Source: Candidatus Levyibacteriota bacterium (GTDB lineage: Bacteria > Patescibacteriota > Microgenomatia > Levybacterales > UBA12049). Taken from it: 64,000 nucleotides of DNA. The position numbers and the translations under genes are program-made. Location of the stretch: positions 16,071 through 80,070 of the forward strand of contig JACPLG010000008.1 in the NCBI GenBank assembly GCA_016186625.1, given 5' to 3'. Under the pieces are notes generated by a model. The model was given only the letters and a program-made list of their open reading frames with translations. It was not told the origin of the DNA and did no database searches. Numbering within the stretch: position 1 is the stretch's first letter; the number at the start of each line of letters is the position of its first letter. Below, piece after piece: positions 10,087-20,646 of this stretch.

Positions 10087-11181
10087 TTATAACTCTATTA
10101 TTTCTCTATTTGAGTGGGAAATCAACTCTACCTTATTATTTGAAATAAAAACTAGATCCTCAATCCTAACTCCGCCAAAGCCAGGTATATAAATTCCCGG
10201 CTCAACAGAAAAAACCATGCCCGGCTTGATAATGTCTTTTGAAGTTGGGGAAAGGTGAGGTGGCTCATGCACTTCAATTCCAACACCATGACCAACGCTA
10301 TGGATTATGTTTGGATAGCCCTGTTTAATAATATATTGCCGGGCGATCTTGTCGATATCTTTTGCAAACAATTGACCATTGACCATTGACAATTGACCAT
10401 TGATATATTCAATTGCTTTTGTTTGTGCTTCAAGGACCGTTTTGTATATGCGTTTGAATTCTGCCGATGCAGAACCAAAAAACACTGTGCGACTCATATC
10501 CGAGCAATAATTATTTATTTTAACTCCAAAATCCAAAAGAACTATTTGGTTTGTCCTAAGCCTGTCTCTTTCAGTCATATGATGGGGAATAGAAGAGTTT
10601 TTTCCAAATGCAATAATGGGTTTAAAAGAAACGTCAGCACCTTTGGAATTGATAAAGGTTTCTAGTTTATCGACAACCTCGCGCTCAGTTATTCCTAATT
10701 TTAACTGCTGGATTATATAATCAAAAGCATCGTCACCAATTTTACAAGCCTTTCTAATATTTTCAATTTCTTTTTTTTGTTTGATTGCTCTAAAATTTCT
10801 TAGGTCAATGGGATTGGTTTTAACAATCTTTTCTAATTTTGAATACTCAGAAACAGTTAAATCATAATCTTCAAATCCAATTGTTTTTATTTTTTCTTTT
10901 TTGAAAAAGTTTTTAGCGTCTTTTGTTATAAAATTTAATGCACCGGTGTCAATTATTTCAAAATCTTTTGCAATTTCCTCTAGAGCCAGCGAATATCTTT
11001 TATCAGTAATCAAATACTGTTTACCTGCCTTGCCGGCAGGCAGGCTTCTTGTTAAAAGCAGAAAACACTCTCTTTCTGTTTCTGAAAAATTTGGATAAGT
11101 TGTTAAATAGATGATATTTGGACGCGAAGAAATAAGTAGCGCGTCAGATTTTTTAAGTAAATTTTTTAGAATTAGGTTCAT
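10087..11181 (-). CDS. Xaa-Pro aminopeptidase (M24B)
   Basis: LLDFG, YCSDMSRT, HSVGHGVGIEVHEPP, SVEPGIY, GVRIED. Confidence 0.93.
   Translation of the reverse strand: MNLILKNLLKKSDALLISSRPNIIYLTTYPNFSETERECFLLLTRSLPAGKAGKQYLITDKRYSLALEEIAKDFEIIDTGALNFITKDAKNFFKKEKIKTIGFEDYDLTVSEYSKLEKIVKTNPIDLRNFRAIKQKKEIENIRKACKIGDDAFDYIIQQLKLGITEREVVDKLETFINSKGADVSFKPIIAFGKNSSIPHHMTERDRLRTNQIVLLDFGVKINNYCSDMSRTVFFGSASAEFKRIYKTVLEAQTKAIEYINGQLSMVNGQLFAKDIDKIARQYIIKQGYPNIIHSVGHGVGIEVHEPPHLSPTSKDIIKPGMVFSVEPGIYIPGFGGVRIEDLVFISNNKVELISHSNREIIEL
11024..11044. repeat. 21-bp in-frame palindromic insert (CCTGCCTTGCCGGCAGGCAGG) in the M24 peptidase
   Basis: 7-bp inverted arms; encodes the LPAGKAG peptide. Confidence 0.7.
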
Positions 11182-11927
11182 TCTTGGATTTGTACTTTTT
11201 TGGTGGGAGTGGGTGTTGACTTTATATCATCATCAATAATCGGGACGTTAGGGTTGCTGGGAATGTCAGGAAATGTAATAATTCTTGTTGCTGATATTCT
11301 ATTTTTTTCTTTTGCATCCGCAAAGCCTAAAACAGTTGCGTTTTCTCGAATTTCTATTTTTGAAAAGCCGGATGAAGCAAGTCCATCTTCATCATAGGAA
11401 AAAGTTTTTGTGATCCTCTCAACGTCTACTGTATAATCCACTCCCTCCTCGGTTGTGAGAGTTATTGTGAAATCTTTCTCATTTTTTTGCGTGATTACTC
11501 CTACAACAGAGGTAGGAATTTCTATCTCATTTACAAAACGGGCAAGAAGACGTCTAGAGTCTTTGTTATAAAGACCAAGGGCTGATAAGGTTGAGCCTTT
11601 TTTAATATCTGAAATTCCGAATGATTTGCTACTTTCTTTGGAAAATTTTGTGAGCTCATCAACGTCAATTATTCTTAAATTACCGTTATGATCAGTGATA
11701 GTAATTTCGGTATCTGAAACTCTCTCAACAGTTCCTACAATTCCTCTTCTTTCGACTAGCTTTAACTGCGCTACACGTGAGGCAACCTTTTCCTTCAATT
11801 CATCAATCTTGTCACTTATTTCTTGTGCCTCAGAGCTTGTTGGGATCTTTTGAGGAGTTTTTGTTTGGGCAAAAGAAAAGTTAGGAAAGAAAATAATAAA
11901 TATTATTAAAATTGACAGAATTTTCAT
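11178..11927 (-). CDS. Secreted hypothetical protein with repeated OB-fold-like (DUF5666-like) segments
   Basis: Signal peptide MKILSILIIF..SFAQ; repeated G-x-V/I...T-K-F beta motifs; upstream ATG at 11996 is in frame through a MITE. Confidence 0.65.
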   Translation of the reverse strand: MKILSILIIFIIFFPNFSFAQTKTPQKIPTSSEAQEISDKIDELKEKVASRVAQLKLVERRGIVGTVERVSDTEITITDHNGNLRIIDVDELTKFSKESSKSFGISDIKKGSTLSALGLYNKDSRRLLARFVNEIEIPTSVVGVITQKNEKDFTITLTTEEGVDYTVDVERITKTFSYDEDGLASSGFSKIEIRENATVLGFADAKEKNRISATRIITFPDIPSNPNVPIIDDDIKSTPTPTKKVQIQE

Positions 11928-11991
11928 CACGTTAGAAATTTCCTGTATAAATATTTTTTTCTTAAAATCAATGAAATTATTTCTAACGTGA
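11927..11991. mobile_element. MITE-like element (TCACGTTAG...CTAACGTGA) with TTCA/TGAA target duplication
   Basis: Perfect terminal inverted repeat, TTCA on both flanks. Confidence 0.75.
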
Positions 11992-11998
11992 TTCATAA

Positions 11999-12424
11999 TC
12001 AAAAACTTTCTGTAGTATATGTTACAATTCTTTTTACTTTCGCAATTTCTCCGTTTGGAGCAACAGCTATAACCTCAATTATATTTTCAGAAGCTTCAAG
12101 CGTTATTTCTGTTGAGAAATTTCCGTTTGAGGCAGCAATTGCCGCCTCCTCAGTTATTTGCGTCTGGACAACTATTTTTGCATTTGGAATTGTTTTTCCT
12201 GAAACTGTAATGATTCTCTCATCAACTACCTCTTCATCCCGTGGTCTATCCAAGGTAATAAAGATAGAAGAAGCCGGAGTAGGTGAAGGAGAATTTATGG
12301 CAATTTTCTTAACTTCGTCCGGGTTAATTTTTTTTGTTGACTGGTAAAAAAAGAAGCCCGCAACAGCGACTAAGATTCCAATTAGAGCAGCAGAAGCGGA
12401 AAGAATAATTTTCTCTTTTCTCAT
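11999..12424 (-). CDS. Membrane-anchored Ig-like domain hypothetical protein
   Basis: N-terminal TM; ITVSGKT, GNFSTEITL, ENIIEV pattern. Confidence 0.7.
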   Translation of the reverse strand: MRKEKIILSASAALIGILVAVAGFFFYQSTKKINPDEVKKIAINSPSPTPASSIFITLDRPRDEEVVDERIITVSGKTIPNAKIVVQTQITEEAAIAASNGNFSTEITLEASENIIEVIAVAPNGEIAKVKRIVTYTTESF

Positions 12425-12555
12425 AAAAACGGGGATTTTCCCTTCTTAAGACCATTGATACCAACAATGACAACAGAGCGATTTTTGGTAAAGAAAATGA
12501 TACTACGCAGTCTATTCTCTTGTCAAGAAAGCCAACACCTGCTAGGATGTTTTGT

Positions 12556-13080
12556 ATGGATATTCAACTTATTGGGAAGAATTCATTAAAAATAAAAGGA
12601 AGAAATGCCTCTTTTTTAATAGATCCTGATAAAACGTTAGGAAAGACCCAAGCAGATGCAATAATTTTATTAAGTCTTAGCACCAATCAAATTTCCTCAA
12701 AAATAGAAGGAAGCAGAATCACCATAACAGGGCCAGGGGAGTATGAAGTTGGAGGAGTGAAAGTCTCAGCTACCAGAGTGGATGACAGACTAGTAATAAG
12801 TGCAGATGTTGATGCGGTAAAACTTTTATTAGGAAGCGGAAAATCAATTGAAAAAATTCATGACAATATTCCGGAATGTGATATTGCCTTGGTAAATGCG
12901 ACTGATGACTTTAACCAGGCTGTTTTGACTGCAATTGAGCCGAAAGTTTTGATCCTATTTGGAGAAAATAAAAAAAGTGTTACAAAAATGCTTGGAAAAG
13001 AAGATGCTCCCAAGGCATCCAAGTATTCAGCGACTCCGGGAAAACTTCCCGCGGAAATGGAAATAGTGTTGCTTGGGTAA
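12556..13080 (+). CDS. Degenerate MBL-fold protein (no HxHxDH)
   Basis: MDIQLIGKNSLKIKG..LIDP, ITGPGEYEVGGV, IEPKVLI. Confidence 0.7.
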   Translation: MDIQLIGKNSLKIKGRNASFLIDPDKTLGKTQADAIILLSLSTNQISSKIEGSRITITGPGEYEVGGVKVSATRVDDRLVISADVDAVKLLLGSGKSIEKIHDNIPECDIALVNATDDFNQAVLTAIEPKVLILFGENKKSVTKMLGKEDAPKASKYSATPGKLPAEMEIVLLG

Positions 13081-13150
13081 GAATCTTTTCTTGCTATTGT
13101 TTGAGGCATTGAATTTTTTTTTATCATAGACTATTATTCTAAAACTATTT

Positions 13151-14500
13151 ATGCCATATCTTAAAATACCCCCTCATAATGAAGAAGCAGAGCAAAGCAT
13201 TTTAGGAGCAATTCTAATTGACAAGAACTCTATTAGTTTGGTTGCAGAAAAAATAGGACCGAATGATTTTTATAATCAAATAAATGCACAGATTTTTGAA
13301 GCAATGCTTAGTCTTTTTGAAGAAGGAAAGCCGATTGACATCCTGACACTTACAAAAAAACTAAAAAAACAGAAAGCAAATAGCATTGACCCAGCGTATA
13401 TCACAGAAATTTTAAATGTAGTCCCAACAGCAGCAAATATAGAACACTACGCAGATATAGTTGCAGAAGAGTCTGTAAAACGTTCCCTCATAACTCTTGG
13501 ATCGGATATTGTGGAGATGGGCTTCATGGATGAAAAAAGCGCAGAAGAACTGTTGGATAAGACTGAAGCATCAGTTTTTAGTATTACACAAGGACGCGCC
13601 ATTAGAGGATTCGTTCCTATTAAGGAAAGTCTTGCGGAAAGCTTTGACAGAATAGATGAGTTGCACAAATCAGGCTCGGGTCTTAGAGGTGTGAAAACAG
13701 GTTTTTCGGATTTAGACAATATATTATCCGGGATGCAGGCATCAAACCTTCTAATTCTTGCAGCCCGTCCCGGTCAAGGAAAAACCGCTTTTGTAGTGAA
13801 TATTGCCCAACATATTGCGGTAAATGAAAAAAAACCGGTTGGAATTTTTTCTTTGGAAATGAGTCAAGAAGAGCTCGTGGATCGACTTCTTGTAGGCCAA
13901 GCCGATGTAGACGCATGGAGGCTGAAAACCGGAAGACTAACAGAAACCGATTTTGCAAAACTTTCTGAGGCTATGGGGGTTTTGGCAGATGCACCAATTT
14001 TTATAGATGATACTCCCGGAATTTCAGTTTCCCAGATTAGGACAAAGGCACGGCGTCTTCAGCTTGAATATAATGTCTCTATTATAATAGTTGACTATCT
14101 TCAGCTGGCTGATCCTGGCAAGCATTATGACAATAGAGTTCAGGAAGTCTCCATTGTTTCGCAGGCTTTGAAAAATTTAGCCCGGGAGCTTAAAATCCCG
14201 GTTCTTGCTGTCTCACAGCTTTCTCGGGCAGTAGAACACCGGGGAGAAAGAAAGCCTCAACTTGCAGATCTTAGAGAATCAGGAGCTATTGAGCAAGACT
14301 CAGATGTAGTCATGTTTCTTTATAGGCCAGATACTGAGTTATCTAATGTAATGCAGACAAAGTTACTTATTGCCAAACACAGAAATGGCCCGATGGGGGA
14401 GATTGACCTCTTATTTAGGGGAGATAGAATTAAATTTTATAGTGTGGAGAGGAAAAGAGAAGAGAAAGAACCAAGTCCAACAATGCCTCCGATTGTCTAA
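13151..14500 (+). CDS. dnaB: Replicative DNA helicase
   Basis: PPHNEEAEQSILG, AARPGQGKT, FSLEMS, VDYLQL, SQLSR, DLRESGAIEQD, KHRNGP. Confidence 0.98.
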   Translation: MPYLKIPPHNEEAEQSILGAILIDKNSISLVAEKIGPNDFYNQINAQIFEAMLSLFEEGKPIDILTLTKKLKKQKANSIDPAYITEILNVVPTAANIEHYADIVAEESVKRSLITLGSDIVEMGFMDEKSAEELLDKTEASVFSITQGRAIRGFVPIKESLAESFDRIDELHKSGSGLRGVKTGFSDLDNILSGMQASNLLILAARPGQGKTAFVVNIAQHIAVNEKKPVGIFSLEMSQEELVDRLLVGQADVDAWRLKTGRLTETDFAKLSEAMGVLADAPIFIDDTPGISVSQIRTKARRLQLEYNVSIIIVDYLQLADPGKHYDNRVQEVSIVSQALKNLARELKIPVLAVSQLSRAVEHRGERKPQLADLRESGAIEQDSDVVMFLYRPDTELSNVMQTKLLIAKHRNGPMGEIDLLFRGDRIKFYSVERKREEKEPSPTMPPIV

Positions 14501-14662
14501 GATTAATCAGTACCTTCTTGGTTGACAGCTGCTTTTATTTTTTAGTTAGGCGAATGGTATGGATTGATATCTTTACATTTTTTTATAAGATCGCTATGAT
14601 AAAAAGATCTATACAATCCGCCTTTGCATAAAGCTTCGGCGGACAAGAAGGAGGTGAATTGA

Positions 14663-14956
14663 ATGGACGATCCAACTAATCCAACACCAGCAACAGACCA
14701 GCCGGGTACACCAGCAGGAGGTGGATGGACTCCACCGCCAGCAGGACCAACTGCGCCGTCTGAGCCAGCACAAACACCAGGTTGGACACCTCCAGCTCCA
14801 CCTACGGAGCCTCCGCCGACAACACCAACAAGTCCTCCTCCAGGAGGAGGAGAAATACCAGGGGGAACACCTGCACCCGATCCGGGAACAGGTACGCCGT
14901 CAGGGGGATCAACTTGGGATCCAAATAAGGGTACTGGAACATCAGGAGGAGTTTAA
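14663..14956 (+). CDS. Pro/Gly/Thr-rich low-complexity small protein
   Basis: Strong SD AAGGAGGTGA; repeated WTPP motifs. Confidence 0.7.
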   Translation: MDDPTNPTPATDQPGTPAGGGWTPPPAGPTAPSEPAQTPGWTPPAPPTEPPPTTPTSPPPGGGEIPGGTPAPDPGTGTPSGGSTWDPNKGTGTSGGV

Positions 14957-15021
14957 CTTTTCTTGGTACGATTTCGAAACTACAAAATTAGACTAGCGCC
15001 ATTTGGAAGCTAGTCTAATTT

Positions 15022-15363
15022 TCATGATCCAGACTGAGGATTTTCAGCTGGTTTTGTCCGCGCAGCAACAACGTGACGAGGAAACTGTGTTTCGAAGCGA
15101 ATGAAACCCTCATAAGCGAAAAAATTATCTTGTAGTTTTTTTGTAGCAGGATCAACAATAGTTCCGCTCCAAACATCAGCTCTTTCTGGGTCCCAGACCA
15201 AAAATAATCCATTTCCCCTTATTTTTGTTGATGGCCGTAAATATTCCCTTAATACCCCATCTGGTAGTAGCCATGGGCCTTTTGTGGGAATATCTACCAC
15301 TTCGAATCCATCTCTTTCAAGGGTCGGTTCACGATCAGGAATAGGAGTGGCGGTTTCTGTCAT
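15022..15363 (-). CDS. Hypothetical protein
   Basis: ORF with TATAAT 6 nt before ATG (leaderless); adjacent to the tRNA 3' end. Confidence 0.6.
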   Translation of the reverse strand: MTETATPIPDREPTLERDGFEVVDIPTKGPWLLPDGVLREYLRPSTKIRGNGLFLVWDPERADVWSGTIVDPATKKLQDNFFAYEGFIRFETQFPRHVVAARTKPAENPQSGS

Positions 15364-15399
15364 GGGCAAATTATAACTTGTTTAATCAAAAAATTAAAG

Positions 15400-15482
15400 T
15401 GGGCGAGGAGGGAGTCGAACCCACACAGCCTTGCGACTAGTAGTTTTTGAGACTACCGCGTATACCATTCCGCCACTCGCCC
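15400..15482 (-). tRNA. tRNA-Leu(CAA)
   Basis: GGGCGAG acceptor stem, GGAATGGTA D-loop, GTAGT-CTCAAAA-ACTAC anticodon arm, long variable arm, GGTTCGACTCC; no encoded CCA. Confidence 0.95.
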
Positions 15483-15649
15483 TCGTCGCGCACTATGCTT
15501 GAATTTCCATTGCTCGCTTTGTTCGCAATTTCAACTTCCCGCTTGGCGCTCCTCTTCAATCTCGCCCAATGCTCGATTGAGATTTAAAAACATGAGCATA
15601 TTATACCATGAATCTTTATTTTTCGAGCGTATGATGTTAAAATAATCAG

Positions 15650-17158
15650 ATGCAATTTGAATTCACAGGTAATCCGATATCAAATATTTCTTCGGATGTA
15701 GTGGCTGTTTTTGCATTTCAGAGCGAAAAAGATAAAAAAGAGAAATATACGCCACTTGAAGATTTCAAAAAAATTGATAAAGATTTAAATAAAAAAATTT
15801 CAAAAGCCTTAGAGGTTTCAGGATTTAGCGGAAAAAGAGGGGAGTTTTTAGATTATTTTCCGGAAGGAAAAATTTTATCAAAATGGATTGTTGTAATAGG
15901 GCTTGGTAAAAAATCGGAGTTTGACCCAAATGACTTAAGACGAGTTTTAGGGAAATCAGTAAGTCACTTAAAAGGGAAAGTTGACTCCCTTGCCCTTTCT
16001 ATTCCTTCAAAGGAATTAAGACTAGAGCCGGATTTTGCAGCCCAGCTTATTGCCGAAGGTTTGCTTTTGGGTTACTACCAGTTTAATAAATACAAAACTG
16101 AAAAAGACAAAAAGAGAGAGTTATCTTCTGTCATCTTTTCCAATAAAGGAGACGCAAAAAAAGAAAAAGTAGGAGTTGAAAAAGCAAAGGTAGCAACGGA
16201 TGCAACTATTATGGCTCGGGATCTTGTGAATGAACAATCGGCTGTTGCAACGCCGACTTTTTTAGCAGATTTAGCACTTTCTATTGCCAAAAAAGACCCA
16301 AAACATATTACATGTAAGGTATTTAGTAGGGATGAAGCAAAAAAAATGGGAATGGATGCTTTTTTAGGTATAGCAAGAGCTGCCCAGACACCGCCAAAAT
16401 TTATTTTTCTGCAATACAGGCCTGATAAGATCAAAAAGAAAGAAAAGCTTGCATTGGTGGGGAAGGGAATAACATTTGACAGTGGGGGAATAAACGTAAA
16501 AACAGGAGACCATATGTCAGATATGAAAATGGACATGTCTGGCGCTGCCGTTGTGCTTTCTGTTTTCTCAGTAATAACAAGGATTAAACCAGATTATCCA
16601 GTTATTGGTTTAATTGCCGCAACAGCCAATATGATTTCGGGAAACTCTTTAGTTCCCGGAGACGTTGTAAAAGCAATGAACGGAAAAACAATTGAAATCT
16701 TAAATACCGATGCAGAGGGAAGGGTAACATTGGCGGATAGTCTTTCATTTGCAGTGAAGGAGGGTGCGACAAAAATAATTGACCTGGCAACATTAACAGG
16801 GGCTGTTTTAGTTGCGCTGGGCACTGATATAAGCGCTCTTTTCTCAAATGATAGGAAGCTTGCCGAGCAGATCAAAGAGTCAGCCAAACGCGCAGGAGAA
16901 AAAGTCTGGGAAATGCCGCTTGAAAAAGACTACAGGGAGATGAATAAAAGTGAAGTCGCAGATGTTGCAAATATTCCAAGCTCAAGATATGGCGGAACAA
17001 TCACAGCTGCACTTTTTTTGCAAGAATTTATAGGAAAAAAGAAATGGGCGCATTTAGATATTGCGGGGCCTGCATTTTCATCCAAGGCATCTGATATTGG
17101 CCCAAAAGGAGGCACCGGGCATGGTGTAAGGACTATACTTAATTTATTGTCCCTATGA
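15650..17158 (+). CDS. pepA: Leucyl aminopeptidase (M17)
   Basis: VGKGITFDSGG, MKMDMSGAA, NTDAEGR, DLATLTGA, WAHLDIAG. Confidence 0.96.
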   Translation: MQFEFTGNPISNISSDVVAVFAFQSEKDKKEKYTPLEDFKKIDKDLNKKISKALEVSGFSGKRGEFLDYFPEGKILSKWIVVIGLGKKSEFDPNDLRRVLGKSVSHLKGKVDSLALSIPSKELRLEPDFAAQLIAEGLLLGYYQFNKYKTEKDKKRELSSVIFSNKGDAKKEKVGVEKAKVATDATIMARDLVNEQSAVATPTFLADLALSIAKKDPKHITCKVFSRDEAKKMGMDAFLGIARAAQTPPKFIFLQYRPDKIKKKEKLALVGKGITFDSGGINVKTGDHMSDMKMDMSGAAVVLSVFSVITRIKPDYPVIGLIAATANMISGNSLVPGDVVKAMNGKTIEILNTDAEGRVTLADSLSFAVKEGATKIIDLATLTGAVLVALGTDISALFSNDRKLAEQIKESAKRAGEKVWEMPLEKDYREMNKSEVADVANIPSSRYGGTITAALFLQEFIGKKKWAHLDIAGPAFSSKASDIGPKGGTGHGVRTILNLLSL

Positions 17159-17715
17159 TTGGAGTAACTGAGCTTAGAAGCGGAACTATATTTGAAGAAA
17201 GCGGGAATTTATATCAAGTTTTATTCTACGAACACATTAAGATGGGCAGAGGCTCAGCCAATATAAAAGTAAAAGTCAAGAATCTCAAAAACGGTGCTAC
17301 AACCGAAAAAAGTTTTATAAACGGCGCTAAGGTAAATGATGTTTCGGTCTTTAAAAGAGATGTGCAGTATTTATATAAAGATTCTTCCAAAGCCTACTTC
17401 ATGGATACTAAAAGTTTTGAGCAAATTAAAATACCACTTACTACAATTGGAAATGATGCTATCTTTCTAAAGGAAGGAGAGAGCTTTAATTTATCGTTTT
17501 TAGATAAAGAGCCACTTACTCTTAATCTATCGCCAAAAATGGACTTTGTAGTTTCTGAAACTGGCCCCGGAATTAAAGGCAATTCAGCAACTAACGTTTA
17601 CAAAGACGCAACACTTTCAAACGGGCTAAAAGTAAAGGTTCCATTATTTATCAAAACAGGAGACAAGGTTCGGATAGACACTAGAACCGGTGAGTACTCA
17701 CAAAAGATTAGCTAA
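17155..17715 (+). CDS. efp: Elongation factor P
   Basis: HIKMGRGSA loop, PGIKGNSA, VPLFIKTGD, IDTRTGEY. Confidence 0.95.
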   Translation: MIGVTELRSGTIFEESGNLYQVLFYEHIKMGRGSANIKVKVKNLKNGATTEKSFINGAKVNDVSVFKRDVQYLYKDSSKAYFMDTKSFEQIKIPLTTIGNDAIFLKEGESFNLSFLDKEPLTLNLSPKMDFVVSETGPGIKGNSATNVYKDATLSNGLKVKVPLFIKTGDKVRIDTRTGEYSQKIS

Positions 17716-17718
17716 TTT

Positions 17719-18975
17719 ATGCAAAATCCCTTAATTTCTGCTCTCAAAGTTCCTTCCTTTTCATTTCTTTTAATCTCCGAATTTTTTTCCCAATTTGCCA
17801 TGAATCTCTTAAACTTCATTCTTTTAATTGTTGTTTTCCAGTTGTCGAGTTCGAACCTGGCAGTAGCAGGAGTAATTCTTGCATTTACTCTTCCTTCAAT
17901 ACTTTTTGGAATTTTAGCAGGCGTTCTTGTTGACAGATGGAATAAGAAAAGAGTGCTTGTTTACACGAATATACTTCGAGCCGCTGCGGCATTTCCGCTA
18001 ATTCTTATTTCAAATGAACTTTTCTTTATTTATTTTTTGACTTTTTTGGTCTCTCTTATTACACAGTTTTTTGTACCGGCAGAAACTCCTATTATCCCGC
18101 AACTTGTCCCAAAATATTTGCTTCTTCCTGCAAATGCACTTTTTAGTATGGGAATTTTTGGATCTATAATTGTGGCATATGCTCTGTCCGGTCCTTTTCT
18201 CCTAATTTTTGGTTCAACCAACATTTTTATTTTTGTTACATTTCTTTTTATTGCTGCCTCAGTTTTTGCACTGCTCATAAAATTCAAAAATCCAAACAAC
18301 GGATCAAATCAAGGAAGAATAGAAATTTTTAAAGAGGTAAGAGATGCATTTACGCTTATGGCAAAAAAAGAGAAAATTTATCATTCTCTTTTTATTCTTA
18401 CACTTCTTCAAACACTGATTTTAGTTATTGCAGTAATTGGACCTGGTTATGCCACTAATATATTAAAGATTCAAGTAGAGAAATTCCCGCTACTTTTTGT
18501 TACTCCGGCTGTTGTTGGCATGGGTATTGGTGCTATAATAATTGGAAATTTCCTGCATCAAAAGTCCAAGCAAACTTTGGTGAAGTTTGGTCTTTTAATA
18601 ACAGGACTTATGGTACTGGCTTTCCCGCACGGAGGCTTGATCACCTCCAGGGAATTCATTCATCAGGTCAATCAAAACCTTCCAAATGTGTTGAGCATAA
18701 ATGATGTTCATATAATGATGATTATAGCCATCATAGTAGGATTTGCATTCTCGCTTGTTTTTGTACCATCAAATACAATGATTCAGGAAGAAACAACAGA
18801 CCGCCAAAGAGGTAAAATATACGGAACTCTTAATACATTTGTTGGAGCAGTTTCAATTGCACCGGTTTTAGGAGTTGGAATTGTTGCGGATTTATTTGGA
18901 GTGGGAAGAGTATTAACGCTTATTGGAATGATAATAATTCTGGCATCAGTTCTTCTTTTTTGGAAATATAAATAA
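17719..18975 (+). CDS. MFS transporter
   Basis: AGVLVDRWNKKRV motif A, 12 TM. Confidence 0.9.
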   Translation: MQNPLISALKVPSFSFLLISEFFSQFAMNLLNFILLIVVFQLSSSNLAVAGVILAFTLPSILFGILAGVLVDRWNKKRVLVYTNILRAAAAFPLILISNELFFIYFLTFLVSLITQFFVPAETPIIPQLVPKYLLLPANALFSMGIFGSIIVAYALSGPFLLIFGSTNIFIFVTFLFIAASVFALLIKFKNPNNGSNQGRIEIFKEVRDAFTLMAKKEKIYHSLFILTLLQTLILVIAVIGPGYATNILKIQVEKFPLLFVTPAVVGMGIGAIIIGNFLHQKSKQTLVKFGLLITGLMVLAFPHGGLITSREFIHQVNQNLPNVLSINDVHIMMIIAIIVGFAFSLVFVPSNTMIQEETTDRQRGKIYGTLNTFVGAVSIAPVLGVGIVADLFGVGRVLTLIGMIIILASVLLFWKYK

Positions 18976-18977
18976 TT

Positions 18978-19676
18978 ATGCAGTTTTTAATATTAGTTTT
19001 ATTTGCTTCCTTGGTTTTATTCCTATTTAGACTCTACCATTTAGCCTTTGATGATTACATTCTTGTTAAAAAGAATATAGAGCTTGATGATGTTTTTAAC
19101 GTTGCTTTTGCTTGCTCTCTTCTGGCACTTTTATTTTCAAGAATATTTTATGTAGTTATAAATCCTGAGAGGGTATTTTCGAGTCCCTTGGGATTTTTGC
19201 TATTTCCTTATTTCCCGGGTCTTTCTCTGACAGGGGGACTCTTTGGAGGAATCGTGGCTTTATTTTTCCTTAGCAGAAAGAAAAAGTTTCCAATAGGAAG
19301 AATTTTTGATTTTTTTTCAATTTCATTTATTTTTAGCCTGCCATTTGGTTTTGTTGGATATCTTCTTCTTTCCCAGGAGTTTACTTCGGGAAATCTGGTA
19401 AAGCTTATCTTATATGGTTTAATCCTTACTGCTTCAAATATTTATTTATATCCTAAAGCTAGCTTGTTTGAGATAAAAGACGGGACTATAAGCGCTTTGT
19501 TCTTAGTATTTTTTTCTTTAATCTCCCTGCTAACAAGGGCAATTGATCACCCGGGAACAATGAATTTTATAACTTATCGGGAAAACTTCGTTCTCCTTTT
19601 AATTTTAATTTCCGGAGTCTTATTTATTTTAAAACAGGAAATAATTGGGAGAATTTCAATTAAAGATGGGAAATAA
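18978..19676 (+). CDS. Prolipoprotein diacylglyceryl transferase-like membrane protein (divergent)
   Basis: SRIFYV, GLSLTGGLFGG, RIFD pattern of the Lgt family. Confidence 0.6.
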   Translation: MQFLILVLFASLVLFLFRLYHLAFDDYILVKKNIELDDVFNVAFACSLLALLFSRIFYVVINPERVFSSPLGFLLFPYFPGLSLTGGLFGGIVALFFLSRKKKFPIGRIFDFFSISFIFSLPFGFVGYLLLSQEFTSGNLVKLILYGLILTASNIYLYPKASLFEIKDGTISALFLVFFSLISLLTRAIDHPGTMNFITYRENFVLLLILISGVLFILKQEIIGRISIKDGK

Positions 19677-20505
19677 GTCCAGCACCTTTTCCGGTAATAT
19701 TAATTCAAAAAGCAAAAACCCACTTAGAGGTAAAAAAGTGCTGGGTAAGCTCAAAATTATATTTGAAAATAAAGACTATTTGGTTATAGATAAACAATCA
19801 GCAGTTACGGTTAACAGATCTGACACAACCGGTGGGGAAGTGACTCTACAAGATTTGATAGATGAGTATGTTCAGAATACTCAGATAATCGGAAAATCGG
19901 AATCTCAGTTTGTTAGAAACGATTCAGATGTTGAATTTCGGAAAAGATCGGGGATTGTTCATAGGCTTGATAGAGAAACCTCAGGCATTTTGATAGTTGC
20001 CAAAAATCCTGCGTCTTTTAAGATTCTCCAATCTCAATTTAAAGAAAGAAAAGTTGAAAAAAGTTATATCGCTCTTGTTCACGGGAAACTTAGTCCTTCC
20101 CAGGGTGAGATAAATGTGCCGATAGGAAGACTTCCTTGGAATAGAAAAAGATTCGGCGTTCTGGCAGGGGGCAGAAACGCTGAAACTGCCTATCGGGTAA
20201 TTTCAAATTTAAAATTTAAAATTTCAAATGGGAGGCTAAGTCTAGTTCGTTTATTTCCAAAAACAGGAAGAACACATCAAATTAGGGTCCATCTCAAATA
20301 CATAAACCATCCAATTTTCGCAGACCCACTTTACGCAGGGAGAAAAACTTCAAGAGAAGATCGAAAACTTCTTCCAAGAATATTCTTGCATGCTGAAGGG
20401 TTGAGCTTTTTCGAACCTTCGGGAGGGGAGAAAAAAACTTTTAGAAGCGAACTTCCTTCGGAACTTAAGAGATTTCTTGATAGTTTAGAAAAGGTTGTCA
20501 ACTAA
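19645..20505 (+). CDS. RluA family pseudouridine synthase (start uncertain)
   Basis: GIVHRLDRETSG, KTGRTHQIRVH, HPIFADPLY, LHA. Confidence 0.93.
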   Translation: MGEFQLKMGNKSSTFSGNINSKSKNPLRGKKVLGKLKIIFENKDYLVIDKQSAVTVNRSDTTGGEVTLQDLIDEYVQNTQIIGKSESQFVRNDSDVEFRKRSGIVHRLDRETSGILIVAKNPASFKILQSQFKERKVEKSYIALVHGKLSPSQGEINVPIGRLPWNRKRFGVLAGGRNAETAYRVISNLKFKISNGRLSLVRLFPKTGRTHQIRVHLKYINHPIFADPLYAGRKTSREDRKLLPRIFLHAEGLSFFEPSGGEKKTFRSELPSELKRFLDSLEKVVN

Positions 20506-20646
20506 TGACTTTTTCGATAGGATAGATATATAAATCCTAATCTCAAAACTCTAAATCCTAAACAATACCAAAATACAAATAACAAATGTTTAAAAGAATT
20601 GGATTTTGAGATTTGAATTTATTTAGAATTTGAAAGGGGTGATAAT

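Noticed and set aside
17155-17715. EF-P with Arg (MGRG) implying rhamnosylation
   Set aside because: No earP in the window, and Arg-type EF-Ps without this modification exist; not supportable.
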